A stretch of DNA of 64,000 nt, taken from an uncultured Erythrobacter sp. GTDB taxonomy: Bacteria > Pseudomonadota > Alphaproteobacteria > Sphingomonadales > Sphingomonadaceae. A program made the translations under genes and the position numbers. The stretch is taken from NCBI GenBank assembly GCA_947499505.1, contig CANMOQ010000001.1, forward strand, positions 42,037 to 106,036. The letters are read 5' to 3'. This document shows, piece by piece, positions 52,774 to 62,831 of the stretch; position 1 is the first letter of the stretch, and each line of letters starts with the position of its first letter. The notes below the pieces were generated by a model, which saw only the letters and a list, made by a program, of their open reading frames with translations, was not told the DNA's origin and made no database searches.

Positions 52774-55062
52774 TTACGCAAATTGCTTTGCGAACGGCAT
52801 GTCGCGTAGGCGCTTGCCGCTCGCCGCAAAGATCGCATTAGCCAAGGCCGGCGCTGCGGGCGGTGTCCCCGGCTCTCCCGCGCCGCCAACGGGCACGGTG
52901 CCGCTGTTGATGATCGCTACCTCGATCGCCGGTGTCTCATCCATCCGCAGCATTTGATAATCGTGGAAATTGCTCTGCTTGACGGCACCATCCTCCAGCT
53001 CAATTTCGCCGTACATCGCCGCGGTCAGGCCGAACACGATCCCGCCCTCGATCTGGTTGCGGAAGCCGTCCGGGTTCATGACATAGCCCGCGTCCATCGC
53101 GGCCCAGATGTTGAGCATTTTGGGGCGGCCTGAGTTCATATCAACCTCGATCACCTCTGCGCCGACCGTGCCGAAGCTCTCGACGATGGCGACGCCTAGG
53201 CCAATGCCTTCGCCTCGCTGAGCGCTCCAATTGCTCATCTCAGCGACTTTCTCGAGCACGCCTTTGTGCCGCGCGGTGTTCGCGCCGAGCATGTTGAGGC
53301 GGTATTCCAGCGGATCTGCGCCAGCGGCAATAGCGGCCTCATCAATGAAGCTCTCAATGAAGAAGCCCTGCTGTGAGTGGTCGACCGAGCGCCATGCGGA
53401 AAATGGCAGGTGCAACGGTGCCTCTGCGACGCGCACGGATGTGTTCGCAATGTCGTAAATGCCCGGAACGCTGGCTTCTGCCGGGTCGTGTCTCTGGGTG
53501 AAGATGTTGTTGTAAGAGACCAGCTTTCCGCCCGCATCAAGACCGCCTTTAAAGCGGCTCACATCGGCCGGGCGGTAGAGCGCCTTTTGCGTGTCTTCCT
53601 CGCGCGACCAGATCATCTTGATCGGATAGCCGGTGGCCTTCGCCACGCGCACGGCCATTGTCACATAATCGTTTTCTAGCCGCCGCCCGAATGCGCCGCC
53701 CAGGAACGGGTGGTGGACGGTGATGTCCTCATCATCCATGCCGAGCGCGCCTGCGGCTGCGCTGCGCGCCATCAGCGGCACCTGTGTGCTCGTCCAGATA
53801 TCGCACTTCGCCCCATCATCGGTGTCGCGCACCCATGCGGTGCAATTGACCGGCTCCATCGGAGCATGGGCGAGATACGGAGCGCTGTATTCCGTCTCCA
53901 GCTTGGTCGCCGCATCGGCAAAGGCGCTTGCCGCATCGCCTCTGGAGGCGGCTTGCTCCCCGCCATCATCGCCCGCTGCATCAATTGCGTCTCTAAACGC
54001 TGCAAACTGATCGGCGGTTGTCTTGATCGGGCTTTCCGAGGCGCTGTATTCAGCGGTGATGGTGTTGAGCGCCTGCTGCGCGTTCCAATAGCCATCGGCC
54101 ACCACTGCGATGAAGCTGCCCATGTTGAGGATCTGCTGCACGCCCGGCATGGCTTTCGCCGCCTCCGCGTCCATGCTCGTTACCTCAGTGCCGGGCACCG
54201 GAGGTCGGCGCACCGCTGCATAAGACAAATCGGCAAGCTCAACGCCGGGAATATTGGCGTCGATCCCAAAATCCGCCTTGCCCATCACCTTGGCGGGAAT
54301 GTCAGTCCGGCGCTTGCTCTTGCCCATCAGGCGGTAATCTTTGGGTTCTTTCAGCGCAGGCGAGCTGTCCATTGGTTGCTCAGCCGCTGCCGCTGCAAAA
54401 TCAGAGTAAGGTGCAGAATTACCGCTGCCGCTGTGGATTAGCGTGCTGTCACGCGTCGTAATCTCGCTGGCTGGTACGCCCCATTCATCGGCTGCTGCAC
54501 CGATCAGCATCTTGCGCGCCGCCGCGCCTGCGATCCGCATCTGATATTGGCCAGTGGTGCGGATGGAGGAGCTGCCGCCAGTGATCATCGCATCGGCCAA
54601 ACGCCCAATTTGCGTGAACAGGCCGTCCCATGTTGGCTCAATCCAATCGGCCGCGTTCATGGTGAATGGCGCAACGAACATGCGCGCGGTGTCGCTGACG
54701 ATGTAGCTGCCGTCCGCTGGCGCTTGCATCACTTCGACCTTGGACCAATCGGCATCGAGCTCATCGGCTAGCATTTGCGCGAGCACGGAATGCGCGCCCT
54801 GGCCCATTTCGCAGTGCGGGATGATCGCGGTCACGATATTGTCCGCCCCGATTTTAACCCAGCTGTTGACCAGCTCTTCGCCAGCTCCGCCTGCAACTTT
54901 GGCTTTCAGCTTACCGACCGGATTGCCGGGCCGCACGCCAACCCCGATCAGCAACGCGCCGCCGGCAAGTACGCCAGCGCCTATAAATCCGCGGCGGCTC
55001 CATTTGGCCACTTTGCTGCGTTCTTTTTTCGCGGCTTGTGTGCCTGTGTCTTGCTCGCTCAT
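52774..55062 (-). CDS. Molybdopterin-binding oxidoreductase large subunit (IorB / aldehyde oxidase-xanthine dehydrogenase family), Tat-exported
   Basis: 762 aa. Twin-arginine leader [20 protein letters not shown]. Aldehyde-oxidase-type a/b hammerhead and Moco-binding regions recognised by eye. Confidence 0.85.
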   Translation of the reverse strand: MSEQDTGTQAAKKERSKVAKWSRRGFIGAGVLAGGALLIGVGVRPGNPVGKLKAKVAGGAGEELVNSWVKIGADNIVTAIIPHCEMGQGAHSVLAQMLADELDADWSKVEVMQAPADGSYIVSDTARMFVAPFTMNAADWIEPTWDGLFTQIGRLADAMITGGSSSIRTTGQYQMRIAGAAARKMLIGAAADEWGVPASEITTRDSTLIHSGSGNSAPYSDFAAAAAEQPMDSSPALKEPKDYRLMGKSKRRTDIPAKVMGKADFGIDANIPGVELADLSYAAVRRPPVPGTEVTSMDAEAAKAMPGVQQILNMGSFIAVVADGYWNAQQALNTITAEYSASESPIKTTADQFAAFRDAIDAAGDDGGEQAASRGDAASAFADAATKLETEYSAPYLAHAPMEPVNCTAWVRDTDDGAKCDIWTSTQVPLMARSAAAGALGMDDEDITVHHPFLGGAFGRRLENDYVTMAVRVAKATGYPIKMIWSREEDTQKALYRPADVSRFKGGLDAGGKLVSYNNIFTQRHDPAEASVPGIYDIANTSVRVAEAPLHLPFSAWRSVDHSQQGFFIESFIDEAAIAAGADPLEYRLNMLGANTARHKGVLEKVAEMSNWSAQRGEGIGLGVAIVESFGTVGAEVIEVDMNSGRPKMLNIWAAMDAGYVMNPDGFRNQIEGGIVFGLTAAMYGEIELEDGAVKQSNFHDYQMLRMDETPAIEVAIINSGTVPVGGAGEPGTPPAAPALANAIFAASGKRLRDMPFAKQFA

Positions 55063-55556
55063 GCTGCGCTCTCCTGCGCTTCGTCTTCGGATTGTGCGGT
55101 CTCAAGACCGGCGGCAACCTTGATGGCTTGGCGAATGCGTTTGTAGGTTCCGCAGCGGCAGATGTTGCCGCTCATCGCGGCGTCAATGTCGTCATCGCTC
55201 GGCGTAGGATTGTCACGCAGCAGCGCCGTCGCCGACATGATCTGGCCCGATTGGCAATATCCGCATTGCGGCACTTGTTCGCTGATCCAGGCTTGCTGAA
55301 CCGCGCTCAGCTCGCCGTCTTCACCCGAAACACCTTCAATCGTCGTGATGGCGCGGCCTTCAGCAGCGGACAGCGGAGTGGAGCAGCTGCGCACAGGTTC
55401 CCCATCGAGATGCACGGTGCAGGCCCCGCAAGCGGCAATCCCACAGCCAAACTTGGTCCCGGTCATGCCCAGCTTCTCACGCACGACCCACAGGATCGGC
55501 ATATTGGGATCGGCATCCAGGCTGGTGGCTTGGCCGTTGATGGTGAACTCGATCAT
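55059..55556 (-). CDS. (2Fe-2S)-binding small subunit of the molybdo-oxidoreductase (IorA-like)
   Basis: 165 aa. [21 protein letters not shown] and GNICRCGTY cysteine clusters. 4-nt overlap with the large subunit gene. Confidence 0.9.
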   Translation of the reverse strand: MIEFTINGQATSLDADPNMPILWVVREKLGMTGTKFGCGIAACGACTVHLDGEPVRSCSTPLSAAEGRAITTIEGVSGEDGELSAVQQAWISEQVPQCGYCQSGQIMSATALLRDNPTPSDDDIDAAMSGNICRCGTYKRIRQAIKVAAGLETAQSEDEAQESAA

Positions 55557-55683
55557 TCGTTTGGCTCCATTGGAGGCGGGGGTTTGCGTGCGCTACGTAG
55601 TACGTTTCAAAACACTACCAAATCTTGCGCGCCAGCGAAAGTCGCTCAGCACACGTGCTGATAGTGTTGAATTCTTCGCCGGA

Positions 55684-57201
55684 TTAAGACGCCATTTGCG
55701 ATGCGGCGCAATGTTTAGCGATGTAGTCTTGATGCGTCGAAAGCCCGCCGACCGAGCGTTCGATAATGGTCCTGAGATTGCCCAAAAACTCGCTCAGCTG
55801 AGTATCGCTGATCGCATCGGCCATCGGGTCGTGACCGTCCGGTATGATCCCCTGGCCCAGCATCACTTGGACCCAGCTTGCCTCGCGGAACAGATCATCG
55901 ACATCGCGGCCCAAGCGGCCACTAGACGCGAACAATTCGCGTTTGCGCGTGAGGCTGTCCGGCACCTTCATATTCTTGCAATAGCGCCAGAATTCGGAAT
56001 CCTCGCGTTCCGTCTGATGGTAATGCAGGATAAGAAAGTCCCTGATCTGTTCAAATTCTGCGGCGCAGCGGCGATTGTATTCCGCGCGCTCGGCATCTGC
56101 ATTCGCGCTTTGCGGAAATAGCTGGATCAGGCGGCTGACATGGGATTGGATCAGATGGATGCTGGTCGACTCCAATGGCTCCAAAAATCCGCTCGACAGG
56201 CCGATGGCTGCGCAATTGTGGGACCAGAACTCCTCGCGCCGCCCGGTGGTAAAGCGGATTGGGCGCGGATCCGCCAGGGCCTTTGTCTCCAGCCCCTCCA
56301 TCAGCACATCATGGGCGGCCTCGTCAGTGGTAAAGCCGCTGGAATAGACATGGCCATTGCCCGTGCGATGTTGCAGCGGGATGCGCCATTGCCATCCCGC
56401 GTCCTTGGCGGTCGCTCTAGTAAATGGCGGCAGGCTGTCCAGTCTCTCACTAGGCACCGCCTGCGCGCGGTCACACGGCAGCCATTTTGACCAGTCCTGA
56501 TAGCTAACGCCCAGCTCTTGGCCCATCAGCAGCGCGCGAAAGCCGGTGCAATCGATAAAGAAATCGCCGTGGATCTCCGCCCCGCCCTCCAGCGTGATCG
56601 AGGCAATATCGCCGCTTTCGCCGTCGCGCTGAACCGCGCTCACAATCCCCTCATGCCGGGTGACGCCGCGCGCCTCGGAATACTTGCGCAGATATTGGGC
56701 ATAAAGGCTGGCGTCGAAATGATAGGCATAGGCGAGGCCGGTCATGGCGGTATTGCCGACCCGGTCGAGCTTGGAAAAGCGCCCCTGTGCGGCTGCCAGC
56801 TGGTGCAAGGAATAATGCCACAGGTCTTTGGTATCAGCGCCGGTTTGGGATGCGCGGTGCCAATAATGGTGGAAGGGCACATTGGCGAGGTTCAGCCCTG
56901 CATCGCCAAAGGTGTGCAGATAACGATCGCCCTTCTTGCCCCAGTCGACAAACTCAATGCCGAGTTTGAAGGTGCCATAGGTTTGCTTCAGGAAATCGTT
57001 CTCATCAAAGCCGAGGATCGTGTTGAGGCGGATAATCTGCGGGATGGTCGCTTCGCCAACGCCAACGGTGCCAATCGCATCGGATTCCACCAGATGGATC
57101 GACAGACTCGGTCCGAGCAGGCGCGCGAACGCCGCCGCCGTTATCCAACCCGCGGTTCCGCCGCCGACGATCACTAACCTGCGCTGTGTCTGCTTACTCA
57201 T
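55684..57201 (-). CDS. Flavin-dependent tryptophan-halogenase-family protein (paralog C)
   Basis: 505 aa. VGGGTAGWI, GVGEATIPQ, TFKLGIEFVDW, GWQWRIPLQHRTGNGHVY, FLEPLESTS. Confidence 0.9.
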   Translation of the reverse strand: MSKQTQRRLVIVGGGTAGWITAAAFARLLGPSLSIHLVESDAIGTVGVGEATIPQIIRLNTILGFDENDFLKQTYGTFKLGIEFVDWGKKGDRYLHTFGDAGLNLANVPFHHYWHRASQTGADTKDLWHYSLHQLAAAQGRFSKLDRVGNTAMTGLAYAYHFDASLYAQYLRKYSEARGVTRHEGIVSAVQRDGESGDIASITLEGGAEIHGDFFIDCTGFRALLMGQELGVSYQDWSKWLPCDRAQAVPSERLDSLPPFTRATAKDAGWQWRIPLQHRTGNGHVYSSGFTTDEAAHDVLMEGLETKALADPRPIRFTTGRREEFWSHNCAAIGLSSGFLEPLESTSIHLIQSHVSRLIQLFPQSANADAERAEYNRRCAAEFEQIRDFLILHYHQTEREDSEFWRYCKNMKVPDSLTRKRELFASSGRLGRDVDDLFREASWVQVMLGQGIIPDGHDPMADAISDTQLSEFLGNLRTIIERSVGGLSTHQDYIAKHCAASQMAS

Positions 57202-57274
57202 GGCATTATACTCTTTGGCTGTGCGGCGCGGTTGGAGATAGGGGGTTGCTTTTGTGACAGGCTATAGAATGCAC

Positions 57275-58003
57275 TCATTCTTGGGGAGCCTCTCGGCGCA
57301 AAAAGGCATTGATAGTCAGTCGGCCGGTCTTGGGGTCCGCTGGCAGCGGGTCTGAATTGCTGATCACGCCGCTGTGCAGGATATTGCCGCGATAGAGGAC
57401 CGCTTGGTTGAATGTCCCGGGCGCGGCATGGGTGCGTTCAAAGTGTGGTTCTCCGCTCGTGGTGTAGGCCGCTGGCGGCAGGCCGCTGCGCTTCACATCT
57501 TGCTGCAAGGCGGCGGCATAGCGCGGGTAACTGTCCTGTGTGAGCGCCTCGAGCCCAGTGGACTTGTGGCGGAAAAATGCCGTGCCTCCATGCTGGGTGG
57601 TGTGCAGATAGAGCATCAGCGCGATTTGATCAGGATCTGTGCCATCGACATGGGGCAGGCGCTGGATTGGCTGCAATTGCTCTGGCGCTGTTGTGACGAT
57701 TGAATACCACCCTTGCATTGCCCAGCGCGCTTTGCCCGCATTTGGTGAGGTTGGCTGTGTGGGTGGGAAGGTTTCCTCAAGCACGGGTGAGAGCTGCTCC
57801 AGCCACGCCTCGCAGACTTCTTGAGGCAGCGGTGCCCTGACCCCTGGATATTGCGGAGTGACTTCTGCAAATTTTTGCAAAAAGGCATGAGCAATGACGG
57901 TCTGTGGTTGTTTCAAGAACTCATTGATCTCCACAAATATATGTTTTTGCGAAGAAAAATGCGATTTTTGCAAATTTGCAAGTGATATCGACCAGTTGTT
58001 CAT
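57275..58003 (-). CDS. Hypothetical protein with a 2OG/Fe(II)-oxygenase-like HxD...H pattern (DUF6445-like, from memory)
   Basis: 242 aa. LPHVDG followed about 95 residues later by GNILHSG. Co-directional with halogenase paralog C, 73 nt upstream of it. Confidence 0.55.
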   Translation of the reverse strand: MNNWSISLANLQKSHFSSQKHIFVEINEFLKQPQTVIAHAFLQKFAEVTPQYPGVRAPLPQEVCEAWLEQLSPVLEETFPPTQPTSPNAGKARWAMQGWYSIVTTAPEQLQPIQRLPHVDGTDPDQIALMLYLHTTQHGGTAFFRHKSTGLEALTQDSYPRYAAALQQDVKRSGLPPAAYTTSGEPHFERTHAAPGTFNQAVLYRGNILHSGVISNSDPLPADPKTGRLTINAFLRREAPQE

Positions 58004-58302
58004 CGCGGTTTGAGGCCTTGTTAATGATCGGAAAATTCTGAGTTGAGGCTAACAAATCGCGTGCAACGCGCCAATTGAAATAACCTAAAGCATTGAATAA
58101 ATTGATTTATAGAGAGTTTTCGGCATGAAGGTGTGCGACTCGAGTGATTTGCAAGAATCTGCTGTGTACCTCGGTGTCGTCGTGGGCCTGAGCAAGTGTG
58201 ACAGGCTTGCCACAGCCTGTTGAAACTTGTGGTAGTGTTACATTCAAAAATCATACTTTCATCTTCTAAATATCTTAAAAACAATGGTTTGTGAAATTTC
58301 AA

Positions 58303-58376
58303 AACGCAAAATGCGTTCCAAATTTTGGGCGTTTACGTCTCTCAAAACATTCGCTATGAAAAAAGATGCAAACGCC
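58303..58376 (+). promoter_or_regulatory. Cluster of palindromes upstream of receptor gene 2 (candidate LacI-type operators)
   Basis: AACGCA-AAA-TGCGTT at 58303-58317. GGCGTTT (58328-58334) pairs with AAACGCC (58370-58376). TGCAAACG (58367-58374) equals a LacI-family consensus half-site. Confidence 0.3.
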
Positions 58377-58410
58377 GGGGATCGAAAATCGGCGTTAGGG
58401 GAGAGAAATA

Positions 58411-61185
58411 ATGGTTTTTAAGCGTAACTCAGCAAACGCGCGCCTGCTTTGTGGTGCAGCGACCGGCCTCGCGATGATCGCGGCGGCTATGCCTGCGGCG
58501 GCTCAGGATGCCGAGCCAGAGACGGAAAGCGGCGTAGAGGGCGAGGGTATCGTCGTCACCGGGATCCGCAGCGCGATCGAAAGCTCGCTTGAGGCAAAGC
58601 GTGAAAGCACCAGCATCGTCGAAGTGATCTCGGCGGAAGATGTCGGTAAGCTGCCTGACCTTTCCATTGCTGATGCGCTTGCTCGGCTGCCCGGCGTCAC
58701 CGCTCAGCGTGTGCGCGGCCGCTCGCAGCAGATTTCGATCCGCGGTCTTGGCCCGGACTTCTCGTTGGCGCTTCTGAACGGCCGCGAGGTTGTCTCCGCC
58801 GGTAACAATCGCGGTATTGAGTTTGACCAATTCCCATCAGAGCTGATCGCGCAAGGCGTTGTCTATAAGACCGCTGAAGCCAGCCTTGCTGCAACCGGTA
58901 TTGCCGGCGCGGTTGATCTGCGCACGATCCGCCCGCTCGATTTCAAGGATACCAAGCTTAACGTATCCGCGCGTTATGTCGTTAATGATAGCGGCGAGCT
59001 CAACCCAGATTTCAGCAACCAGGGTTACCGCTTCTTTGGATCGTACATCGGTCAGAATGATTCCGGCACCGTTGGTTGGTCGATTGGTGTCACGCACCAG
59101 TCCAACCCGACGCAGTTTCTTTCACGCGAATTGAAGACCAACCAGAACCAGGTCTCTACCGACGCGAATGGCCTAATCTATCCGTCGGACAACCCGCGCC
59201 AAGGCGCTGTTTCACGCGATTTTGAGCGTACGTCGATTGCTGGCGCGTTGCAGTTCGAGCCATCCGACAATTTCTCGCTCGCGCTCGATGCGTTCTACAC
59301 AGACACACAAGATTCCGGTATTTTCCGCGGCACGGAAACTCCGATTGCGTCATGGAGCGGCGCAAGCTTTGACGGTGCGACTGGCAACGAACCTTTCGCC
59401 GATACCGCAACCTACTCAGCCGTTGTCCCAATCGTTCGCACAGACACTGAAGGCAACGAAGCTCAGATTTTCGCGGCAGGTGCAAACCTCGTTTGGGGCG
59501 TGACTGACAACCTCTCGCTTGAGCTCGATTACGGTTACTCGACGCTAGACCGGAACGACATCGATTACGAAAGCTACGCGGGCACTGGATTTGCTCGCGG
59601 CGGCCCGCAGGACACGATCACATTTACGTTCCCACAAAGCGGCCGTTACAGCGTCGACACTCAGCTTGATTACACCGATCCAGGCACCGTTCTGCTTACC
59701 GATCCAGGTGGCTGGGGCCAGGTTGGTTTTATCAAAGAGCCTGAGATCAATGACGAATTGCATCAGCTGCGTGCGGAGGCGGAATACGCTTTTGACGGGG
59801 GTTTCCTCGATAGCATCACGGTCGGCTGGATCTACACGGACCGCGAGAAAGACTTCGATTCAAATGAGGCTTTTCTGCGTCAATCGGCCGCCTTCACTGA
59901 TGGCGCCTTGGCAATTCCAGCGGGATCGATCCTGGGCAGCACGGACACTGGCGGCTTGAACTTTGATGTGATCGCTTATGATCCATCTAGCTTCCTCACC
60001 GACGGCACTTACGTTGTTGAGAAGGCGACCTTCGACACCGAGTGGGTCGTTTCCGAGGAGATTCATAACTTTTACGCTCAAGCAAACATCGACACGCTGC
60101 TTGGCTCGGTTCCGCTGCGCGGCAATATTGGCCTCAAATATGTCGATACCACACAGAGCTCGACCGGCACGATCGGCGGTGGCTTGGTCAACACTGTCAC
60201 CGAAAGCTATGATGACTGGCTTCCAAGCGCGAACCTCAGCTTCGAAGTCGCTGATGACTTCTTCATCAAGCTTGCCTTTGCGAAAACGATCACACGCGCC
60301 CGGCTCGATCAATTAGCGGCTAACCAAAGTATCTCGGTGAACCCGCTTAGTTGTACCGATACTGATGGCGACCAAGTGCCGGATACCGTGGTCGCATTTA
60401 ACCCACCGCAATTGGTTTGTTTCAATCTAAACGGCGGTAACCCGGCGCTCCAACCTTATTCATCAACGTCTTACGATATCTCGTTCGAGAAGTACTTCTC
60501 GCGCGGCACGGCCCTGGTGGTGGCTGTGTTCCACAAGGATCTGTCGGATTGGGTGATCGACTTCAATGATACGATCAATGTCGAACAGCAGATCATCAAC
60601 GCTGGTTTTGGATCAATCCTTACTAGCGCACCAGAGCTTGGCACTGGTGCATTCAGCGGTCCGGTCAATTTCGGCGATGGTTCGATCACCGGTATCGAGG
60701 GCACGTTGCGGGTTGATTTTGTCGATCTTGCAGAGAGCCTTGATGGCTTCGGCGGTAGCTTCAGCTTCACTTATGCTGACGCAGAAGTTGAAGACACCAC
60801 AATGACCGCACTCGACATACCCGGCTATTCCGAAACTGTCTGGTCCGGCGATATGTTCTATGAAAAGAATGGCTTCCAAGCCAAGCTCAGCGCTCGTCAC
60901 CGCAGCGGCTTCCTGTCAGAGGTCCAAAACTTCGACGGTAGCCTGAGCGGGGCGCAGGCCCGCAGCGAGACCATTCTTGATGGTCAAATCGGCTACACAT
61001 TCGAAGAAGCCGATGGTTTCCTCAACGGTCTCGGTTTCCAGTTTGAGGTGTTCAACATCACCAACGAGCCATTTGTTACCGAGAACGATCTGTTCGATGG
61101 TGCGGGTAATCAAATCGGCACCTTCCCAAGCCGTCACGAGCTCTATGGTCGGACCTACAACTTCACGATCAAGAAAGAGTTTTAA
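58411..61185 (+). CDS. TonB-dependent receptor 2
   Basis: 924 aa. GGGGAGAG upstream. Signal peptide AAAMPAAAQD. Plug block STSIVEVISAEDVGKLPDLSIADALARLPGVTA. C-terminus ...YNFTIKKEF. Confidence 0.92.
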   Translation: MVFKRNSANARLLCGAATGLAMIAAAMPAAAQDAEPETESGVEGEGIVVTGIRSAIESSLEAKRESTSIVEVISAEDVGKLPDLSIADALARLPGVTAQRVRGRSQQISIRGLGPDFSLALLNGREVVSAGNNRGIEFDQFPSELIAQGVVYKTAEASLAATGIAGAVDLRTIRPLDFKDTKLNVSARYVVNDSGELNPDFSNQGYRFFGSYIGQNDSGTVGWSIGVTHQSNPTQFLSRELKTNQNQVSTDANGLIYPSDNPRQGAVSRDFERTSIAGALQFEPSDNFSLALDAFYTDTQDSGIFRGTETPIASWSGASFDGATGNEPFADTATYSAVVPIVRTDTEGNEAQIFAAGANLVWGVTDNLSLELDYGYSTLDRNDIDYESYAGTGFARGGPQDTITFTFPQSGRYSVDTQLDYTDPGTVLLTDPGGWGQVGFIKEPEINDELHQLRAEAEYAFDGGFLDSITVGWIYTDREKDFDSNEAFLRQSAAFTDGALAIPAGSILGSTDTGGLNFDVIAYDPSSFLTDGTYVVEKATFDTEWVVSEEIHNFYAQANIDTLLGSVPLRGNIGLKYVDTTQSSTGTIGGGLVNTVTESYDDWLPSANLSFEVADDFFIKLAFAKTITRARLDQLAANQSISVNPLSCTDTDGDQVPDTVVAFNPPQLVCFNLNGGNPALQPYSSTSYDISFEKYFSRGTALVVAVFHKDLSDWVIDFNDTINVEQQIINAGFGSILTSAPELGTGAFSGPVNFGDGSITGIEGTLRVDFVDLAESLDGFGGSFSFTYADAEVEDTTMTALDIPGYSETVWSGDMFYEKNGFQAKLSARHRSGFLSEVQNFDGSLSGAQARSETILDGQIGYTFEEADGFLNGLGFQFEVFNITNEPFVTENDLFDGAGNQIGTFPSRHELYGRTYNFTIKKEF

Positions 61186-61222
61186 CTCTTGATTTAGTCC
61201 TCTCTTGAGGTCGCAAATGAAA

Positions 61223-61257
61223 GAGGGCTCGCCAGCAATGGCGGGCCCTTTTTTCTT
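61223..61257 (+). terminator. Rho-independent terminator after receptor gene 2
   Basis: GAGGGCTCGCC (61223-61233), a 6-nt loop, GGCGGGCCCTT (one mismatch), then a T-run to about 61256. Confidence 0.65.
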
Positions 61258-61307
61258 TGGCTATCGTGTGATTGAATGCGCGCGTGCGAAACCAGCGCTG
61301 CGAGCGT

Positions 61308-62828
61308 TTACGCGTGCGGGGAGGGGCAGTGCTGTGCGAGAAACTCTGAATGTCTCGGCATGGCCGCGACCGCGCTGTCCATTGCCGCCGAGATTGCGCT
61401 CATCCGGTTGGCCACTGGCACCGCGCCGCTGCGCATGGCCGCAAGGGCGGGCGCGCGCTTAGGCACGATGTCCTGCCCCAGATAAACTGCGATCCAGCTG
61501 GGGTTTTTGAACAGCTCTCGTTCGTCGGAGACCAGCAGTCCGTAATTGCGGAAGTGATCGATCTTATATTGCAGGCTGTCCGGGATCGCCATGCTGGAGC
61601 AATAGCGCCACAGCTCTGCATCATCGCGCGATGTCGCTTTGTAATGCAGGATCAAAAAGTCGCGTATCCGCTCATATTCGGCCGCCGTTTGGGCATTGTA
61701 TTCCTGAGCCAGCAGCGGCGACATTTCCTTATCCGGAAACAGCGCGAGCAAGCGTAAGATGCCATATTGGATGAGATGCAGGCTGGTCGACTCCAGCGGC
61801 TCCATAAATCCAGCAGACAGACCAATCGCAACGCAGTTTTTGTGCCAGAACTTGCGCCTGCGCCCGGTCACAAAGCGCAGCATTCGCGGCTCTGCCAGGG
61901 CCTCGCCTTCGAGCGAGCTCAATAGCGTTTCGGTCGCTTCATCCTCGCTCACAAATTCGCCGCAATGGACATAACCATTGCCGGTGCGATGCTGCAGCGG
62001 GATGCGCCATTGCCAGCCCGCCGCCTTGGCGGTGGAGCGGGTGTAGGGCGCGACGTCTGTTTGCTTCGGGCTGGGTGCAGCGACGGCGCGGTCGCAGGGC
62101 AGCCATTGCTGCCAATTGTCATAGCCTGCCTCCAGCGCGCCCTCGATCAGAAGCCCGCGAAAGCCACTGCAATCGACGAAGAACTCTGCCTTGAGGGTGC
62201 CACCATTTTCCAGCTGGACGCTCTCAATTGCGCCGTTTTCTGCATCGAGCGCAGCATCGACGACTTTGCCCTCGATGCGCGTGACCCCGCGCGCCTCGGC
62301 ATATTTGCGCAGGAACGCCGCATAGAGCACCGCATCGAAGTGATAAGCGTAGTCATAGGTCGACTGGATTTGCCGCCGGTCTGGCAGGGGATGCGCGAAC
62401 TTGCCTGCTTTCGCCATGGCCCAGCCCATGGAGAAGTCGTCGATTGGTCCGTTGACCCGGCCAGCGAGGCTTTCTTGCATCCAGAAATGGTAGAACGGCA
62501 CGCTGTCAAATTCGGCGCCATGTTGGCCGAACGGGTGGAAATAGCTGTGGCCAAGCCGCGCCCAATCGACGAACTCGATCCCGAGTTTGTAAGAGCCTCC
62601 GGTTTCCTTGACGAAGGTCGCCTCGTCGATCCCCAGCCTCTGATTGAAATGGCGGATCGGCGGAATGGTCGCTTCACCAACGCCGACCGTGCCAATCGCT
62701 TCGGATTCGACTACCGTGATCTGGCAGCTCTCACCCAGCGTGTTCGCGAGCGCCGCCGCCGTCATCCACCCAGCGCTGCCGCCACCGACAATGATGATAC
62801 TTTCTAAAGGGGAGAACGCGCCGGCCAT
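61308..62828 (-). CDS. Flavin-dependent tryptophan-halogenase-family protein (paralog D)
   Basis: 506 aa. VGGGSAGWM, GVGEATIPP, SYKLGIEFVDW, GWQWRIPLQHRTGNGYVH, FMEPLESTS. Confidence 0.9.
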   Translation of the reverse strand: MAGAFSPLESIIIVGGGSAGWMTAAALANTLGESCQITVVESEAIGTVGVGEATIPPIRHFNQRLGIDEATFVKETGGSYKLGIEFVDWARLGHSYFHPFGQHGAEFDSVPFYHFWMQESLAGRVNGPIDDFSMGWAMAKAGKFAHPLPDRRQIQSTYDYAYHFDAVLYAAFLRKYAEARGVTRIEGKVVDAALDAENGAIESVQLENGGTLKAEFFVDCSGFRGLLIEGALEAGYDNWQQWLPCDRAVAAPSPKQTDVAPYTRSTAKAAGWQWRIPLQHRTGNGYVHCGEFVSEDEATETLLSSLEGEALAEPRMLRFVTGRRRKFWHKNCVAIGLSAGFMEPLESTSLHLIQYGILRLLALFPDKEMSPLLAQEYNAQTAAEYERIRDFLILHYKATSRDDAELWRYCSSMAIPDSLQYKIDHFRNYGLLVSDERELFKNPSWIAVYLGQDIVPKRAPALAAMRSGAVPVANRMSAISAAMDSAVAAMPRHSEFLAQHCPSPHA

Positions 62829-62831
62829 TGT

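Noticed and set aside
55557-55683. Palindromes CTACGTAG and CAGCAC-AC-GTGCTG between halogenase paralog C and the iorA-like gene.
   Set aside because: They are short enough to occur by chance and have no flanking T-run or repeated copy elsewhere in the window. Noted but not called as a terminator or operator.
58021-58302. 93-aa minus-strand ORF in the AT-rich intergenic region.
   Set aside because: Its codon usage and composition are unlike all neighbouring genes, it has no RBS and no recognisable family, and the region is better explained as a divergent promoter/operator region.
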